Of a DNA stretch of 64,000 nt, positions 47,398-56,636 are shown in pieces; positions within the stretch are counted from its first letter, which is position 1; every line of letters starts with the position of its first letter. The stretch is from Candidatus Aenigmatarchaeota archaeon (lineage in GTDB: Archaea > Aenigmatarchaeota > Aenigmatarchaeia > Aenigmatarchaeales > JACQIB01): positions 1 to 64,000 of the forward strand of contig JACQIB010000003.1 of the NCBI GenBank assembly GCA_016198755.1. Reading direction: 5' to 3'. The notes beneath the pieces are model-generated. The model saw only the letters and a list, made by a program, of their open reading frames with translations, ran no database searches and was not told where the DNA came from. The position numbers and the translations under genes are program-made.

Positions 47398-47712
47398 TCA
47401 CTCAATTCCCAGTTTTTTTAGATATCCCTTTTTCTTTAACCAGTTTGCCTGTGTTCTTGTATACTTCCATACCACATCTCCCCTCTCATCACTCTGTACT
47501 TTCCAGGGTTCCATAATAATTATGTCCTGAGGGTTTATCCATACTCTTTTTCCCATCCTCCCAGGTATCCTGCATATCCTTGTCTTTCCATCATCACACT
47601 GTACTCTCAATTTCCCAGCTCCAAGCATCTCAAGAACCAGCCCTAAAATTTCCCCCTGAGCCGGTATTCTTGTTCTTGAAATTTCTGCTAGTTCCTGTTC
47701 TGGGGTTATCAT
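47398..47712 (-). CDS. eif1a: Translation initiation factor aIF-1A
   Basis: MLGAG...CDDGKTRICRIPGRM.KRVWI. Confidence 0.96.
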   Translation of the reverse strand: MITPEQELAEISRTRIPAQGEILGLVLEMLGAGKLRVQCDDGKTRICRIPGRMGKRVWINPQDIIIMEPWKVQSDERGDVVWKYTRTQANWLKKKGYLKKLGIE

Positions 47713-47758
47713 GCGCTGTAAATAGTTTTCCAGCTATTTAAACTCCTTCTAAAACAAA

Positions 47759-47903
47759 TGGAGCCCCAGGCAGGATTTTCCACCCTTTTGGGGTTTGCAA
47801 AGACCTTTTAGGGAAAAGGGATTTGCTTTGAACCTGCGGCCTGCTGTTTACGAAATTCGGCAGCTTATGCTTCAGCCACTCTACCGGTCTGAGCCACTGG
47901 GGC
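47759..47903 (-). tRNA. tRNA-Thr(CGT) with two introns: 30/31 (47856-47872, 17 nt) and about 59/60 (47776-47826, 51 nt)
   Basis: Acceptor GCCCCAG/CTGGGGC, U73, CCA; anticodon stem GCTGT/ACAGC after splicing; helix TGGC/GCCG with TG|A and AA|T; T-loop helix imperfect. Confidence 0.9.
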
Positions 47904-47927
47904 AAGAATTGTTTTTATTCCAACCTT

Positions 47928-48443
47928 TTAAGCCTGAGCAAAGCGCACAGAAAACACGCTTCTGTTTACTGGTTTTCCGTCTATTTCTGTAACCTGCTCA
48001 TAGCTTGTTTTCACTTCAGCTCCCTTCTTCCTTAAAAATCCAACAACAGTTTTAGTAGCAGCTTTGCTCCCAACTTTAAAATCTAGCCCACCCCTTACAT
48101 CTTTCACAGTATAGAAAGAAAGCCTGTCTTTCTTTCCAATTCTATCTATTTCTTTTCCTGTGAACCTTGCAGTGGCAGGAGTAAAGTTTCCTCTCAACTG
48201 TATAACAGTCTCATAATAATGTGAAAGTCTTTTATTGCAGAAAATACAGACAAACTTTTTAGCTCCCGGAAGTCTCGTTTCAGAATACTTCCATTTCATC
48301 TTGTCTTTATAATAGCCGCAGCGTGTGCATTGTTCTATAACTTTTTCTTCTTTCTTTTTTTCCTCCGGCTCTTTAAAACAATCTTTACACAAGCCTTCCT
48401 TGAAAGGTTCTTTCCCGCAAACATAGCAAAACTGTCTTGACAT
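47928..48443 (-). CDS. NMD3-family protein (short form)
   Basis: CYVCG..LCKDC, CTRCG, C..C...YYETVIQLRG, GGLDF.VGS. Confidence 0.85.
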   Translation of the reverse strand: MSRQFCYVCGKEPFKEGLCKDCFKEPEEKKKEEKVIEQCTRCGYYKDKMKWKYSETRLPGAKKFVCIFCNKRLSHYYETVIQLRGNFTPATARFTGKEIDRIGKKDRLSFYTVKDVRGGLDFKVGSKAATKTVVGFLRKKGAEVKTSYEQVTEIDGKPVNRSVFSVRFAQA

Positions 48444-48496
48444 AATCAAAAGATTTGCGTACACCTATATAAACCATAAATAGAATATTAATTAGT

Positions 48497-49795
48497 ATGA
48501 AAAACCCAGTTTTCTTTTCCTTCATTCTAGTTTTGGCTATTCTGGTTGCAGGATGTACAGAACAGACAACAGGAGAAACAACCACAACACTTAGAGGCAC
48601 CACACTCCAGACTACAGTGTCTACATCAACTACTCTAGCGCCTTCAGCATACTGGGCTTTAGATGAATTATCAGATGCTGCATGGACATATACACCAACA
48701 GCAGACAACGATTCAACTGCTCATTTGGACAGCTTTTCTGCTACAGCTGATGGAAAAACAGCTGCGGTAGCATGGCACACTGCAAACGGAGGCAGGGCAG
48801 GCCCAACAAAGCTGCTGCTCCTGAAAGACGGCAAAAAGACCTTGGAAAAGGATAATATAATATCTTATGATCAGTCAGCTGTTTCTATATCTCCAGGAGG
48901 CTCTCTAATAGCATTATCTGATTCCAATTACATAACTTTTTATGACAGCTCTGGAAACAACATAAGCACTGTAAAATATTTTTTTGGTAGCAATGTCAGG
49001 GAATCACTGGAAGAACCACCCAGCATATCTTCAGATGAAAAGACGGCAACAATAAGTACACACGGCTCCAGCACAGATACATTGCAATATTTTACTAAGG
49101 GTTCTGGTGTTGTATGGAACAAGAAAGGTGACCTTGGTCCTGTTAGGATATCACCAGATGGGAAGCATGTTATAGTTTTCAATAAACAGTATAATGTATT
49201 GAAGTATTATGACAGCTCAGGCAATGGGTTCTCCGCAGTAGAGCAGCGGCCTCTTCCATTTTACGACGGTGGTGTTGCAGCCCTTCCGGTTTTTTCAAAG
49301 GATAGCTCGAAGATAGCAGCTTTCAATGGAAGACAACTTTACATGATAGATATTGTTTCAAAAACACTTCTTTGGACAGCTGTGACAGAAGGGAATATTT
49401 CTTCTGTTTACATACTCCCGGATAATTCTGTTGCAGCTACTGACGGAAAATATGTATATAGTTTTGGAACAGATGGCGAACAGAAGTGGAAAGTTGACCC
49501 GAAGATAGAGGGTGGAATAAATAAAGTATATAAGGTGTTGTCTGACCCAACAGGCAAATATGTTGCATTTACATCCATGAGCAAGGCTTCAGTTTTTGAG
49601 AATCATCTTATTTTCCTTGGGTTAGATGGAAAGTTTGTTAAGGGATACAAACTGATTAAAAAGGATCCTTGGAGCGATAAATCTTCTACCTACAAAACCA
49701 CAACACTCTCTCCAAGATTAGACGGTGTTTTTACCATAATTAACGACGGCGGAACAACACTCGAAGCTTACTTTTTCCCTTTTACAAAATCTTAA
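48497..49795 (+). CDS. Lipoprotein with beta-propeller (WD40/PQQ-like) repeats
   Basis: LVAGC lipobox, Thr-rich linker, ISPDG-type repeats. Confidence 0.8.
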   Translation: MKNPVFFSFILVLAILVAGCTEQTTGETTTTLRGTTLQTTVSTSTTLAPSAYWALDELSDAAWTYTPTADNDSTAHLDSFSATADGKTAAVAWHTANGGRAGPTKLLLLKDGKKTLEKDNIISYDQSAVSISPGGSLIALSDSNYITFYDSSGNNISTVKYFFGSNVRESLEEPPSISSDEKTATISTHGSSTDTLQYFTKGSGVVWNKKGDLGPVRISPDGKHVIVFNKQYNVLKYYDSSGNGFSAVEQRPLPFYDGGVAALPVFSKDSSKIAAFNGRQLYMIDIVSKTLLWTAVTEGNISSVYILPDNSVAATDGKYVYSFGTDGEQKWKVDPKIEGGINKVYKVLSDPTGKYVAFTSMSKASVFENHLIFLGLDGKFVKGYKLIKKDPWSDKSSTYKTTTLSPRLDGVFTIINDGGTTLEAYFFPFTKS

Positions 49796-49816
49796 TTGTA
49801 AATGTTTTGTCCAAGC

Positions 49817-50711
49817 CTATTTAACCCTTTCTTTTGAACCAAAATAACTGACCAGTAGAGCTGCGCCTATCATTATGCAGCCCCCAATAATCTCCTGCGG
49901 TAGCAACGTTTCCCCCAGAGCAATAATACCAATTGTTGTTGCTCCTATTGGAATCAGAGCTGTTGTTAATGTTGTAAACATATGTGCTGTTAAGTAGCGT
50001 GAAACTGTAACAGCTACAGCCCCCAGTCCAATAACAAGTACAAGTATCATGAAGGCAAAAGTACCTATACTAATATGTATTTAATGGAGGTATGGCGAGC
50101 ACCCCTAAAGCCAAAGCCGCAATTATTGTAGGTACAAGTATGAATACTGAATCAAGGAACATTATTTCTCTTGTTCCAAGTTTCTTTATGTATTTTCTGT
50201 TCACAATTGGCGTAAAGCTAAAAAGGAAAACACCCAAAATTATAAATAAATCCCCCCAACCCAATCCAGTTATACTTCCGCTCTTGAAAACTATTGCGCC
50301 TATAACAGCAAGCAAAGCAGCAACCCAGAGAATTTTTGAGGGAGTTTCTTTTAACAATCTTGAGGAGTAAAACCCCACAATAATCGGCATTGCAGAGATA
50401 AAAATTACAAAGGCTTTTACAGGCAGGTAAAGTATTGAAAAATCAAGCAAAAGATTGCCTACTGCAGCAGGTATAATAAGCATATAAAAATATTTTCTTT
50501 CCTTTTTCTCCAGAGCTAAAAAATTTTTAAGTTTGCCGCGCAGCAGAAAAATCAAAACAATAGAGCTTACAAGGAAAATGTATGTATCAATAGCCAAAGG
50601 ATGCAGGGAACCAGTCAAAAACTTGAATGTTGGTACGTAAAATGACCTGAGGAGAATGAATATTGCAACCAACCAGAGTCCATAAGTAAACCCACTTCTG
50701 CCCGTTTTCAT
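49817..50711 (-). pseudogene. EamA/DMT transporter split by a frameshift near 50075
   Basis: 213-aa and 77-aa ORFs are consecutive parts of one DMT protein of about 300 aa (LLKE.P, then LGE.L...IIGG) in different frames. Confidence 0.7.
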
Positions 50712-50752
50712 AAAGTTAACAGATTCTCTGAGAATAAAAACCTGAGCAGTAA

Positions 50753-52405
50753 TTAGAACTCTTCGTGGTCGCCGCCATGGCCCATTCCTGGAGGCATTCC
50801 AGGTGGTCCGCCGCTCAGCCTGTTTGCTGTTATTATGTCATCTATCCTTAGTATCATTTCTGCTGCTTCAGAAGCAGAGCTTATTGCCTGTGTTTTTATT
50901 TTCAAAGGTTCTATTACACCTTCTTTCCACATATCAACTATTTTTCCTGTGAAAACATTCACTCCAGAAGTGTTCTGTCCCTTGTCATGTGCTGCTCTCA
51001 GTTCAACTAAAATATCTATTGGATCTAATCCAGCGTTCTCTGCTAAAGTTCTTGGTATAACTTCCATTGCTTCTGAAAATGCTAAAATAGCAAGCTGCTC
51101 ACGTCCAGAGTATTTCTGTGCAAAATCCCTTAAACCCTTTGCAACAGCCTCTTCAGGAGAACCCCCTCCAGCAACAACCTGCCCAACCTCTATAGATGAG
51201 GCAACTCCTCCTATAGCATCCTCAACTGCCCTGTAAACCTCTTCCACAACATGTTCTGTTCCACCCCTTACGAGCAGGGAAACAGCTTTCGGGTCTTTGC
51301 ATTCTTTCACAAACAGCATCTGTTCTCCTGCCACCTTCTTCTCCTCAACTAACCCTGCAAATCCTAAATCATCCTTTCCCAAATCATCCAAACTTGTTAC
51401 AATTCTGGCTCCAGTAGCCCTGACTAATTTTTCCATGTCAGATTTCTTTACTCTGCGTGCAGACATAATTTTCTTCTTTGATAAGTAATGCTGTGCCACA
51501 TCATCTATTCCCTTCTGGCAGAAAAGCACAGTGCACCCTGAATTTGCAATTTTCTCAACCATGTCTTTCAGCATCTTCTCTTCCTGTTCCAAAAACTTCT
51601 GCATCTGGTCAGGAGAAGTAATCTGTATCTGTGCATCAGTTTCAGTCTTTTCAATTTCCAAAGCTGTATCAACCAAGGCAACTTTTGCCCCCTTTACAGT
51701 TCTTGGCATCCCTGGGTGCACAATTTCCTTGTCAATTATAAGTCCGTTAACAAGTTCTGTATCCTCTATTGTCCCCCCCTGTTTCTTCTCAACTTTTATA
51801 TTGTCTGTATCAATAGAAATTTTTCCATCCTGCCTGTCTATAACCATTTTTACTGCTTTCACAGCAAGTCCAGCCAAATGTTCTGAAGCACGTTCAGCAG
51901 ATTTACCTGTCATTGCAGTTATTGCAATCTTTTTTAGGAGATCATCATCTTTTTCTGTTATTTTCTTTGAAACACTTTCAACCAGCTTTAAAGACTGTTC
52001 TTTTGCAAGTTTGTATCCTCTGGTTATAACAGTTGGGTGTATTTCTTGGTCTAAAAGCCCCTCAGCTCTCTTCAAAAGTTCACCTGCAAGTATCGCAGCT
52101 GTTGTTGTCCCATCCCCAACTTCCTCGTCCTGTGTCTTAGCAACCTCAACAACCATTTTTGCTGCTGGATGCTCTACCTGCATTTCCTCTAAAATTGTAA
52201 CCCCATCATTTGTAATAACAATATCTCCCATGCTGTCTACTAGCATTTTGTCCATGCCCTTTGGCCCTAAAGTAGTTCTAACAGCGTCAGAAACAACCTT
52301 TGCAGCAGCAATATTCGTGTGCTGTGCATCCTTTCCCAGCGTTCTTAATGTTCCTTCTGGCAAAACAAATATCTGCTGCCCCGCTCCACCCATTCCATTT
52401 GTCAT
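50753..52405 (-). CDS. ths: Thermosome (group II chaperonin) subunit
   Basis: [26 protein letters not shown]. Confidence 0.98.
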   Translation of the reverse strand: MTNGMGGAGQQIFVLPEGTLRTLGKDAQHTNIAAAKVVSDAVRTTLGPKGMDKMLVDSMGDIVITNDGVTILEEMQVEHPAAKMVVEVAKTQDEEVGDGTTTAAILAGELLKRAEGLLDQEIHPTVITRGYKLAKEQSLKLVESVSKKITEKDDDLLKKIAITAMTGKSAERASEHLAGLAVKAVKMVIDRQDGKISIDTDNIKVEKKQGGTIEDTELVNGLIIDKEIVHPGMPRTVKGAKVALVDTALEIEKTETDAQIQITSPDQMQKFLEQEEKMLKDMVEKIANSGCTVLFCQKGIDDVAQHYLSKKKIMSARRVKKSDMEKLVRATGARIVTSLDDLGKDDLGFAGLVEEKKVAGEQMLFVKECKDPKAVSLLVRGGTEHVVEEVYRAVEDAIGGVASSIEVGQVVAGGGSPEEAVAKGLRDFAQKYSGREQLAILAFSEAMEVIPRTLAENAGLDPIDILVELRAAHDKGQNTSGVNVFTGKIVDMWKEGVIEPLKIKTQAISSASEAAEMILRIDDIITANRLSGGPPGMPPGMGHGGDHEEF

Positions 52406-52599
52406 TCAAATCACCTCAAATATGTGTATTTAAGTATACCAGCTTTATGTGTATGTAGGTATATTTAAAGCTTATTGCTCTGCACATTTTTTGGCTGTTC
52501 CATGCTAACAGTTTTCCAGAAAAAAATGCAAACGGCGGTTACAATAAAAAATTTATGTCGAACATAAAGCTTATTAACCTGTTCTGCAGGGTTTAGAGC

Positions 52600-53058
52600 A
52601 TGGATATACCTGAAGACTATCTGAAACTTGAGAAAAAATACAAAGGACTGCCTGAATGGAAATGGCTTTCTACTAATTTTAGAGTAAAATTGGAAAATGG
52701 GGGATTAGTTGAACAGGTAAGGCACTCTGTTTCAGAAAAGCTGGACAATGTTTCCCACTCTCTTATAGAGCCGATAATAGGGCCCGGGGAGAGTTATTGC
52801 TGCTGGTTTGAAAGGAAAATGATAACAGATACTGACAGGGACGAGCTTTTCAATATTTACAGGCAGCTGCAGGCTTTAATTTGGAGGTCAAACAAAATTT
52901 CCATAACAGAGAGCGAGAAGGATTTTGCTGAATGGCTTATCAGAGTAGAAAAAGAGTGGGAGGGACTAAGGCCTGCGCTTGAAAAGTTTTGCATGAAGCT
53001 GGAGGAAGGCTGGTTAAAGTACAAGAAACCAATAGAGAGCACATCCTATCACGGTTAA
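52600..53058 (+). CDS. Hypothetical helical protein
   Basis: 152-aa ORF with promoter-like AT box upstream; ends SYHG. Confidence 0.7.
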   Translation: MDIPEDYLKLEKKYKGLPEWKWLSTNFRVKLENGGLVEQVRHSVSEKLDNVSHSLIEPIIGPGESYCCWFERKMITDTDRDELFNIYRQLQALIWRSNKISITESEKDFAEWLIRVEKEWEGLRPALEKFCMKLEEGWLKYKKPIESTSYHG

Positions 53059-53082
53059 ATCCTTTTCCCATATAGAAAGCTT

Positions 53083-53778
53083 ATGAAAAGCAGAATACCT
53101 GCAGGCTTAAAGTATGCTGTTTTTGATTTAGATAATACTTTAGTTGAAGGAAGAGTTGCAAGCTATATTGGTAAAAGCTATTTTTTTAGAGAGTTATTTG
53201 GGCTCAGAATAGGTCATCTTTACAAAGGATGGAAAGGAATGAAAAGTGTTAAAGAAATTCTGAAAGAAGGCGGGGAAGATGCTGAAGCAAGGGGAATGGA
53301 AGCTTTTATGGGAGTTTTGGGGGAAACTAGAATTGCAACATGGGATAGTATATACGATTATGCAAAGAAGGCTGTAGAAAAACATGAATTGCCTGGGGCA
53401 AAGGAATTTGTAGGAAAATGTAAAAATAATGGACTTCAAACTTATATTGCCACTCTTGGGCTGCTTATATCAGCGCAGGCAGCTAGGGATTATTTTGGCG
53501 CAGATGCTGCGCGCGGCAACTCGCTTATAGCTGAAAATGGAATAATTAGGGGAGTTAAGCTGACAATGAAAACAGGTGAAGATAGGCTAAGAGAGGTAAG
53601 AACTATAGCAAATGTCAATGAGGCACTTGTTGTTGGAAACGATAGATTAGACTGGCCTTTGATGGATGCTGCAGGTTTTTCTGTTGCAGCCCCGCTGGCA
53701 GATGAGGAAACTAAAAAAAGAGCTGACATTACTATTACAGATTTCAGGGAATTGGAGTTTGAGCCGCGCAAGGTTTGA
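53083..53778 (+). CDS. HAD-superfamily hydrolase (SerB-like, subfamily IB)
   Basis: FDLDNTL, IAT, VGND.LD..LM..AG.SVA. Confidence 0.85.
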   Translation: MKSRIPAGLKYAVFDLDNTLVEGRVASYIGKSYFFRELFGLRIGHLYKGWKGMKSVKEILKEGGEDAEARGMEAFMGVLGETRIATWDSIYDYAKKAVEKHELPGAKEFVGKCKNNGLQTYIATLGLLISAQAARDYFGADAARGNSLIAENGIIRGVKLTMKTGEDRLREVRTIANVNEALVVGNDRLDWPLMDAAGFSVAAPLADEETKKRADITITDFRELEFEPRKV

Positions 53779-53789
53779 AAAAAAACAAG

Positions 53790-53996
53790 TGGTGGGCGGG
53801 AAGAGATTTGTTCAGCTTAGTCCTACCTGAGGGGGTAGGGCTGTAGGGGGAAACTTCCCCCTGAGCTTTGAACTCTCGGCCACCAGTTAACCTAAACTTT
53901 TCGGAACGCAGCCACGCTTTCACGCGAGTGCGCGATTATAAGACTGGCGCTCCAACCGGGCTTTGCCTTGGCTTTTGCCAAATGAGCTACCCGCCC
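53790..53996 (-). tRNA. tRNA-Ile(TAT) with three introns: 14/15 (53962-53982, 21 nt), 37/38 (53889-53936, 48 nt), 58/59 (53808-53867, 60 nt)
   Basis: Acceptor GGGCGGG/CCCGCCC, A73, CCA; anticodon stem CCAGT/ACTGG, loop CT-TAT-AA; helices CTTA/TAGG and GTTC/GAAC. Confidence 0.9.
53823..53866 (-). repeat. 44-nt intron core, copy 2 (identical to 2267-2310)
   Basis: Direct sequence comparison. Confidence 0.97.
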
Positions 53997-54033
53997 ACAA
54001 GTCTATTTATTCCTTGGAAGGGAATTTAAACTA

Positions 54034-54933
54034 ATGCTAAAGGGTAGTTTAGTAGAGGCTGTCGAGAATCTGCTGGAAAAGAATGATTATGTTACTTTCG
54101 GGTATTCTGGCTGTTTTGATTTGGCAGCTAGAAGGGAAAAAACACTTTTCCTGAAAGTTTTGCAGAATGTGGATTCTTTTTCTGAAGCACAGTCAAATAG
54201 CCTGAAAATAATCTCAAATAACATAAATGCGACAGCCTTCCTTGTTGGACTGCATACGCGCAGGGAAAAGCTTGCAAAGGGTGTTGTATATGAGAGGTTT
54301 GATATACCAACTGTTTCAATGGAAACACTGAAAGAGATAATTGAGTTTGATGTTTTCCCAAAGTTCCAGAGGGATAGGGGAGGGTTTTATGTGGAGATAG
54401 ATTCTGCTGCACTCAAGAAATTAAGAGTTCAGTCAGGCTTTACACAGAGAGAATTAGCAGAGGCTGTTGGAATAAGCAAGAAAGCAATTTACGAACATGA
54501 GAAAGAGCAATTAAGGATGGATTTGAGCATTGCTGAAAAGCTGGAAAAACTGCTTGAAGGGAAAATAACAATGGAGTTTTCTCCCCAGAAATTTTCTGTT
54601 GGCAAATCAATACCCTCCTCAAAAATAGAAGGATCTGTGGCTTCAGCCCTCTCAAAGAAGGGATTTTCAGTTGATTTCGTTTCCTCTGCACCATTCGATA
54701 TTTTTGCAAAAGAAAAGACCGTTATTGTTTCAGATGTGGAAAGGATTGGGGGAGGAAAGAGGACTCTTAATCTGGAAAGGTTCATAGCTGTAGTAAAAAA
54801 GCCCGCTTTTGTTGTTTCAGAGAAAAATACTGAAGAACACGCCGAAATACCTGTTATAGCAAGGAAAGAGCTGGGAAACATAAGCAAGGAAGAAATAATA
54901 AGAATTGCAAAAAGAGCAAAGGTACTGAAATGA
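54034..54933 (+). CDS. Archaeal HTH transcriptional regulator (COG1395/MJ1164-like)
   Basis: CFDLAAR, KVLQNVD, GVVYERF, RGGFYV.ID, Xre HTH, APFD. Confidence 0.9.
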   Translation: MLKGSLVEAVENLLEKNDYVTFGYSGCFDLAARREKTLFLKVLQNVDSFSEAQSNSLKIISNNINATAFLVGLHTRREKLAKGVVYERFDIPTVSMETLKEIIEFDVFPKFQRDRGGFYVEIDSAALKKLRVQSGFTQRELAEAVGISKKAIYEHEKEQLRMDLSIAEKLEKLLEGKITMEFSPQKFSVGKSIPSSKIEGSVASALSKKGFSVDFVSSAPFDIFAKEKTVIVSDVERIGGGKRTLNLERFIAVVKKPAFVVSEKNTEEHAEIPVIARKELGNISKEEIIRIAKRAKVLK

Positions 54934-54974
54934 ATATAAACCTTGGAAACCAAGCTAATACTGGGGTGGGGATA

Positions 54975-55376
54975 ATGAAAAGGGCTGTAAAAGGACAATT
55001 AAAGCAGTTTGAAGTTTTGTTGGAAAACAGGACAGGTGCAATGGCAGATTTGACTGAGGCTTTGGCAAGGAATGCTGTAAATATCAAAGCCATATCAACG
55101 CATGCCAATGGACCACAAGGAAAGGTCTTGCTTGTAACTGAGGATGATATGACAGCACGCGAAGCTCTGGAAAAATCAAAACATAGTTTTGTTGTTTCAG
55201 ATATTCTCTCATTAGAATTATCAGACAGGCCAGGTGAGCTTGCAAAGATTTCAAGATTGCTTGCAAAAGCAGGTGTAAACATGGAATCTGTATATATTTT
55301 AGGAAACAGGGATGGTTCAACAGAAGTTGCCCTTAAAGTGAGTGATATAGCAGCTGCTAAAAAGGTATTTTCATGA
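54975..55376 (+). CDS. Tandem ACT-domain protein, paralogue 1
   Basis: LENRTGAM..L...AVNI, DRPGELA...GVNMESVY. Confidence 0.9.
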   Translation: MKRAVKGQLKQFEVLLENRTGAMADLTEALARNAVNIKAISTHANGPQGKVLLVTEDDMTAREALEKSKHSFVVSDILSLELSDRPGELAKISRLLAKAGVNMESVYILGNRDGSTEVALKVSDIAAAKKVFS

Positions 55377-55750
55377 GGCACTTTGAGGTTACAATATCAA
55401 ATAAAAAGGGTGCTCTATCAGAACTTTGCGAAACTTTAGCTGCAGGTAATGTAAATATACGGGCTATAGCAGCTGAAGGTGAGGGAAAGAAGGGAAAGCT
55501 AAAGTTTGTTGTAGATAATGATTCTCTGGCAAAGCAGGCATTGAAACATGGTGGATACAAGTTTGTAGAGCATGAGATTCTGCCTATAAAAATGCTGGAC
55601 AAGCCAGGTGAGCTTGCCCGCGTGGCAAAAGCCCTTTCCCATTTGGGTATAAACATAGAGTCTCTCTATATTTTAGGAAAAGAAAACGGTCAGACTGAAG
55701 TGGCATTTAAAGTATCTGATTTGCAAAAGGCTAAGAGTATTTTCGGCTAA
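55373..55750 (+). CDS. Tandem ACT-domain protein, paralogue 2
   Basis: NKKGAL...NVNI, DKPGELA...GINIESLY; ATGA overlap. Confidence 0.9.
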   Translation: MRHFEVTISNKKGALSELCETLAAGNVNIRAIAAEGEGKKGKLKFVVDNDSLAKQALKHGGYKFVEHEILPIKMLDKPGELARVAKALSHLGINIESLYILGKENGQTEVAFKVSDLQKAKSIFG

Positions 55751-55788
55751 GTAGAAGACTTTTATTCTTTCTCTGCACAGATTTCTGC

Positions 55789-55948
55789 GGGCCGGTGGTC
55801 TAGTCCGGTATGACATCACCCTGACAGCAGTCAAACCATTATGTTTGTCTTGCGGAACGGTGGGAGTCGCAGGTTCAAAGGAGGAGAAACTACGTATCTC
55901 CCTCCACCCTCTCCCTTTGAGGGGCTGAAAATCCTGCCCGGCCCACCA
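55789..55948 (+). tRNA. tRNA-Val(GAC) with two introns: 37/38 (55827-55857, 31 nt) and 59/60 (55880-55931, 52 nt)
   Basis: Acceptor GGGCCGG/CCGGCCC, CCA; anticodon loop CT-GAC-AC after splicing; helix TTCA/TGAA with AA|G and AA|T. Confidence 0.92.
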
Positions 55949-55983
55949 CCATATATTTATAGTATTTGTACAAACCATAGACC

Positions 55984-56613
55984 ATGGGAATAAGGTTTTT
56001 TTATATTATCTTGTTGTTGGTTGTTATAGCGGCTGGATGCACCAATCAGGGCGATTCCGAAAGAAAGGAGGCAGAGAAAGCGTACCAGAGCGCTGTGCTC
56101 AGCGGAGACCCGCAAAATTGCATGAAATTAAAATCATCTGATAGTCAATCTTGTATAACAAAAATAGCAGAAAACAAAAATGACATTTCAATCTGCGGAA
56201 TGTTAGAATACAAATATAACTGTATAAGTAGCCTAGCAGTTAAAACAGGCGATGTTGTAGCTTGTTCACAGCTGGAGGCACAGAGCCAAATCAAGAACAA
56301 CTGCTTTTTGGGTGCAGCTAACAGAATCTATGAAAAGTTGCATGGTAGAACAGCCTGTGCAGATTCCAAAGAAAACTTCCAAGAAACCAAAAAGCTTATA
56401 GGCTCGAAATATCCAGCAACTACATATGCAGAGAAAACCGTAGATAGATCAGAAGTTAGGGAGGCGAAAGGGTACATACTCATTTTCTGTTCTACTGGCT
56501 GGTCTGTAAGGGGTGAATATAGAGAAGTAATCGGGGACCTCTTTTTCAGTTCTGATGCAAAAGCTGCGATAAGCATATCAACTGGGGAGGTATTGGAAAA
56601 CATACCAAGATAA
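55984..56613 (+). CDS. Cys-rich repeat lipoprotein
   Basis: IAAGC lipobox; repeated C...A....D...C units. Confidence 0.75.
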   Translation: MGIRFFYIILLLVVIAAGCTNQGDSERKEAEKAYQSAVLSGDPQNCMKLKSSDSQSCITKIAENKNDISICGMLEYKYNCISSLAVKTGDVVACSQLEAQSQIKNNCFLGAANRIYEKLHGRTACADSKENFQETKKLIGSKYPATTYAEKTVDRSEVREAKGYILIFCSTGWSVRGEYREVIGDLFFSSDAKAAISISTGEVLENIPR

Positions 56614-56636
56614 CTTATTTTTAATCTGGTGTTCAA

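Noticed and set aside
47795-47992. ORFs overlapping tRNA genes (also 2303-2485, 55673-55978 and the 5' part of 39141-39776)
   Set aside because: They cross well-supported tRNA genes and lack protein features.
50040-50090. BHB mRNA intron explaining the EamA frameshift
   Set aside because: No convincing 4-bp helix with bulges and no surplus sequence; a simple indel is more economical.
51531-52433. 300-aa + strand ORF
   Set aside because: Antisense shadow of the thermosome gene, with Ser/Phe-rich composition typical of such frames.
2198-55948. Split or permuted tRNA genes
   Set aside because: All six tRNAs are complete and colinear once introns are removed; no orphan halves noticed.
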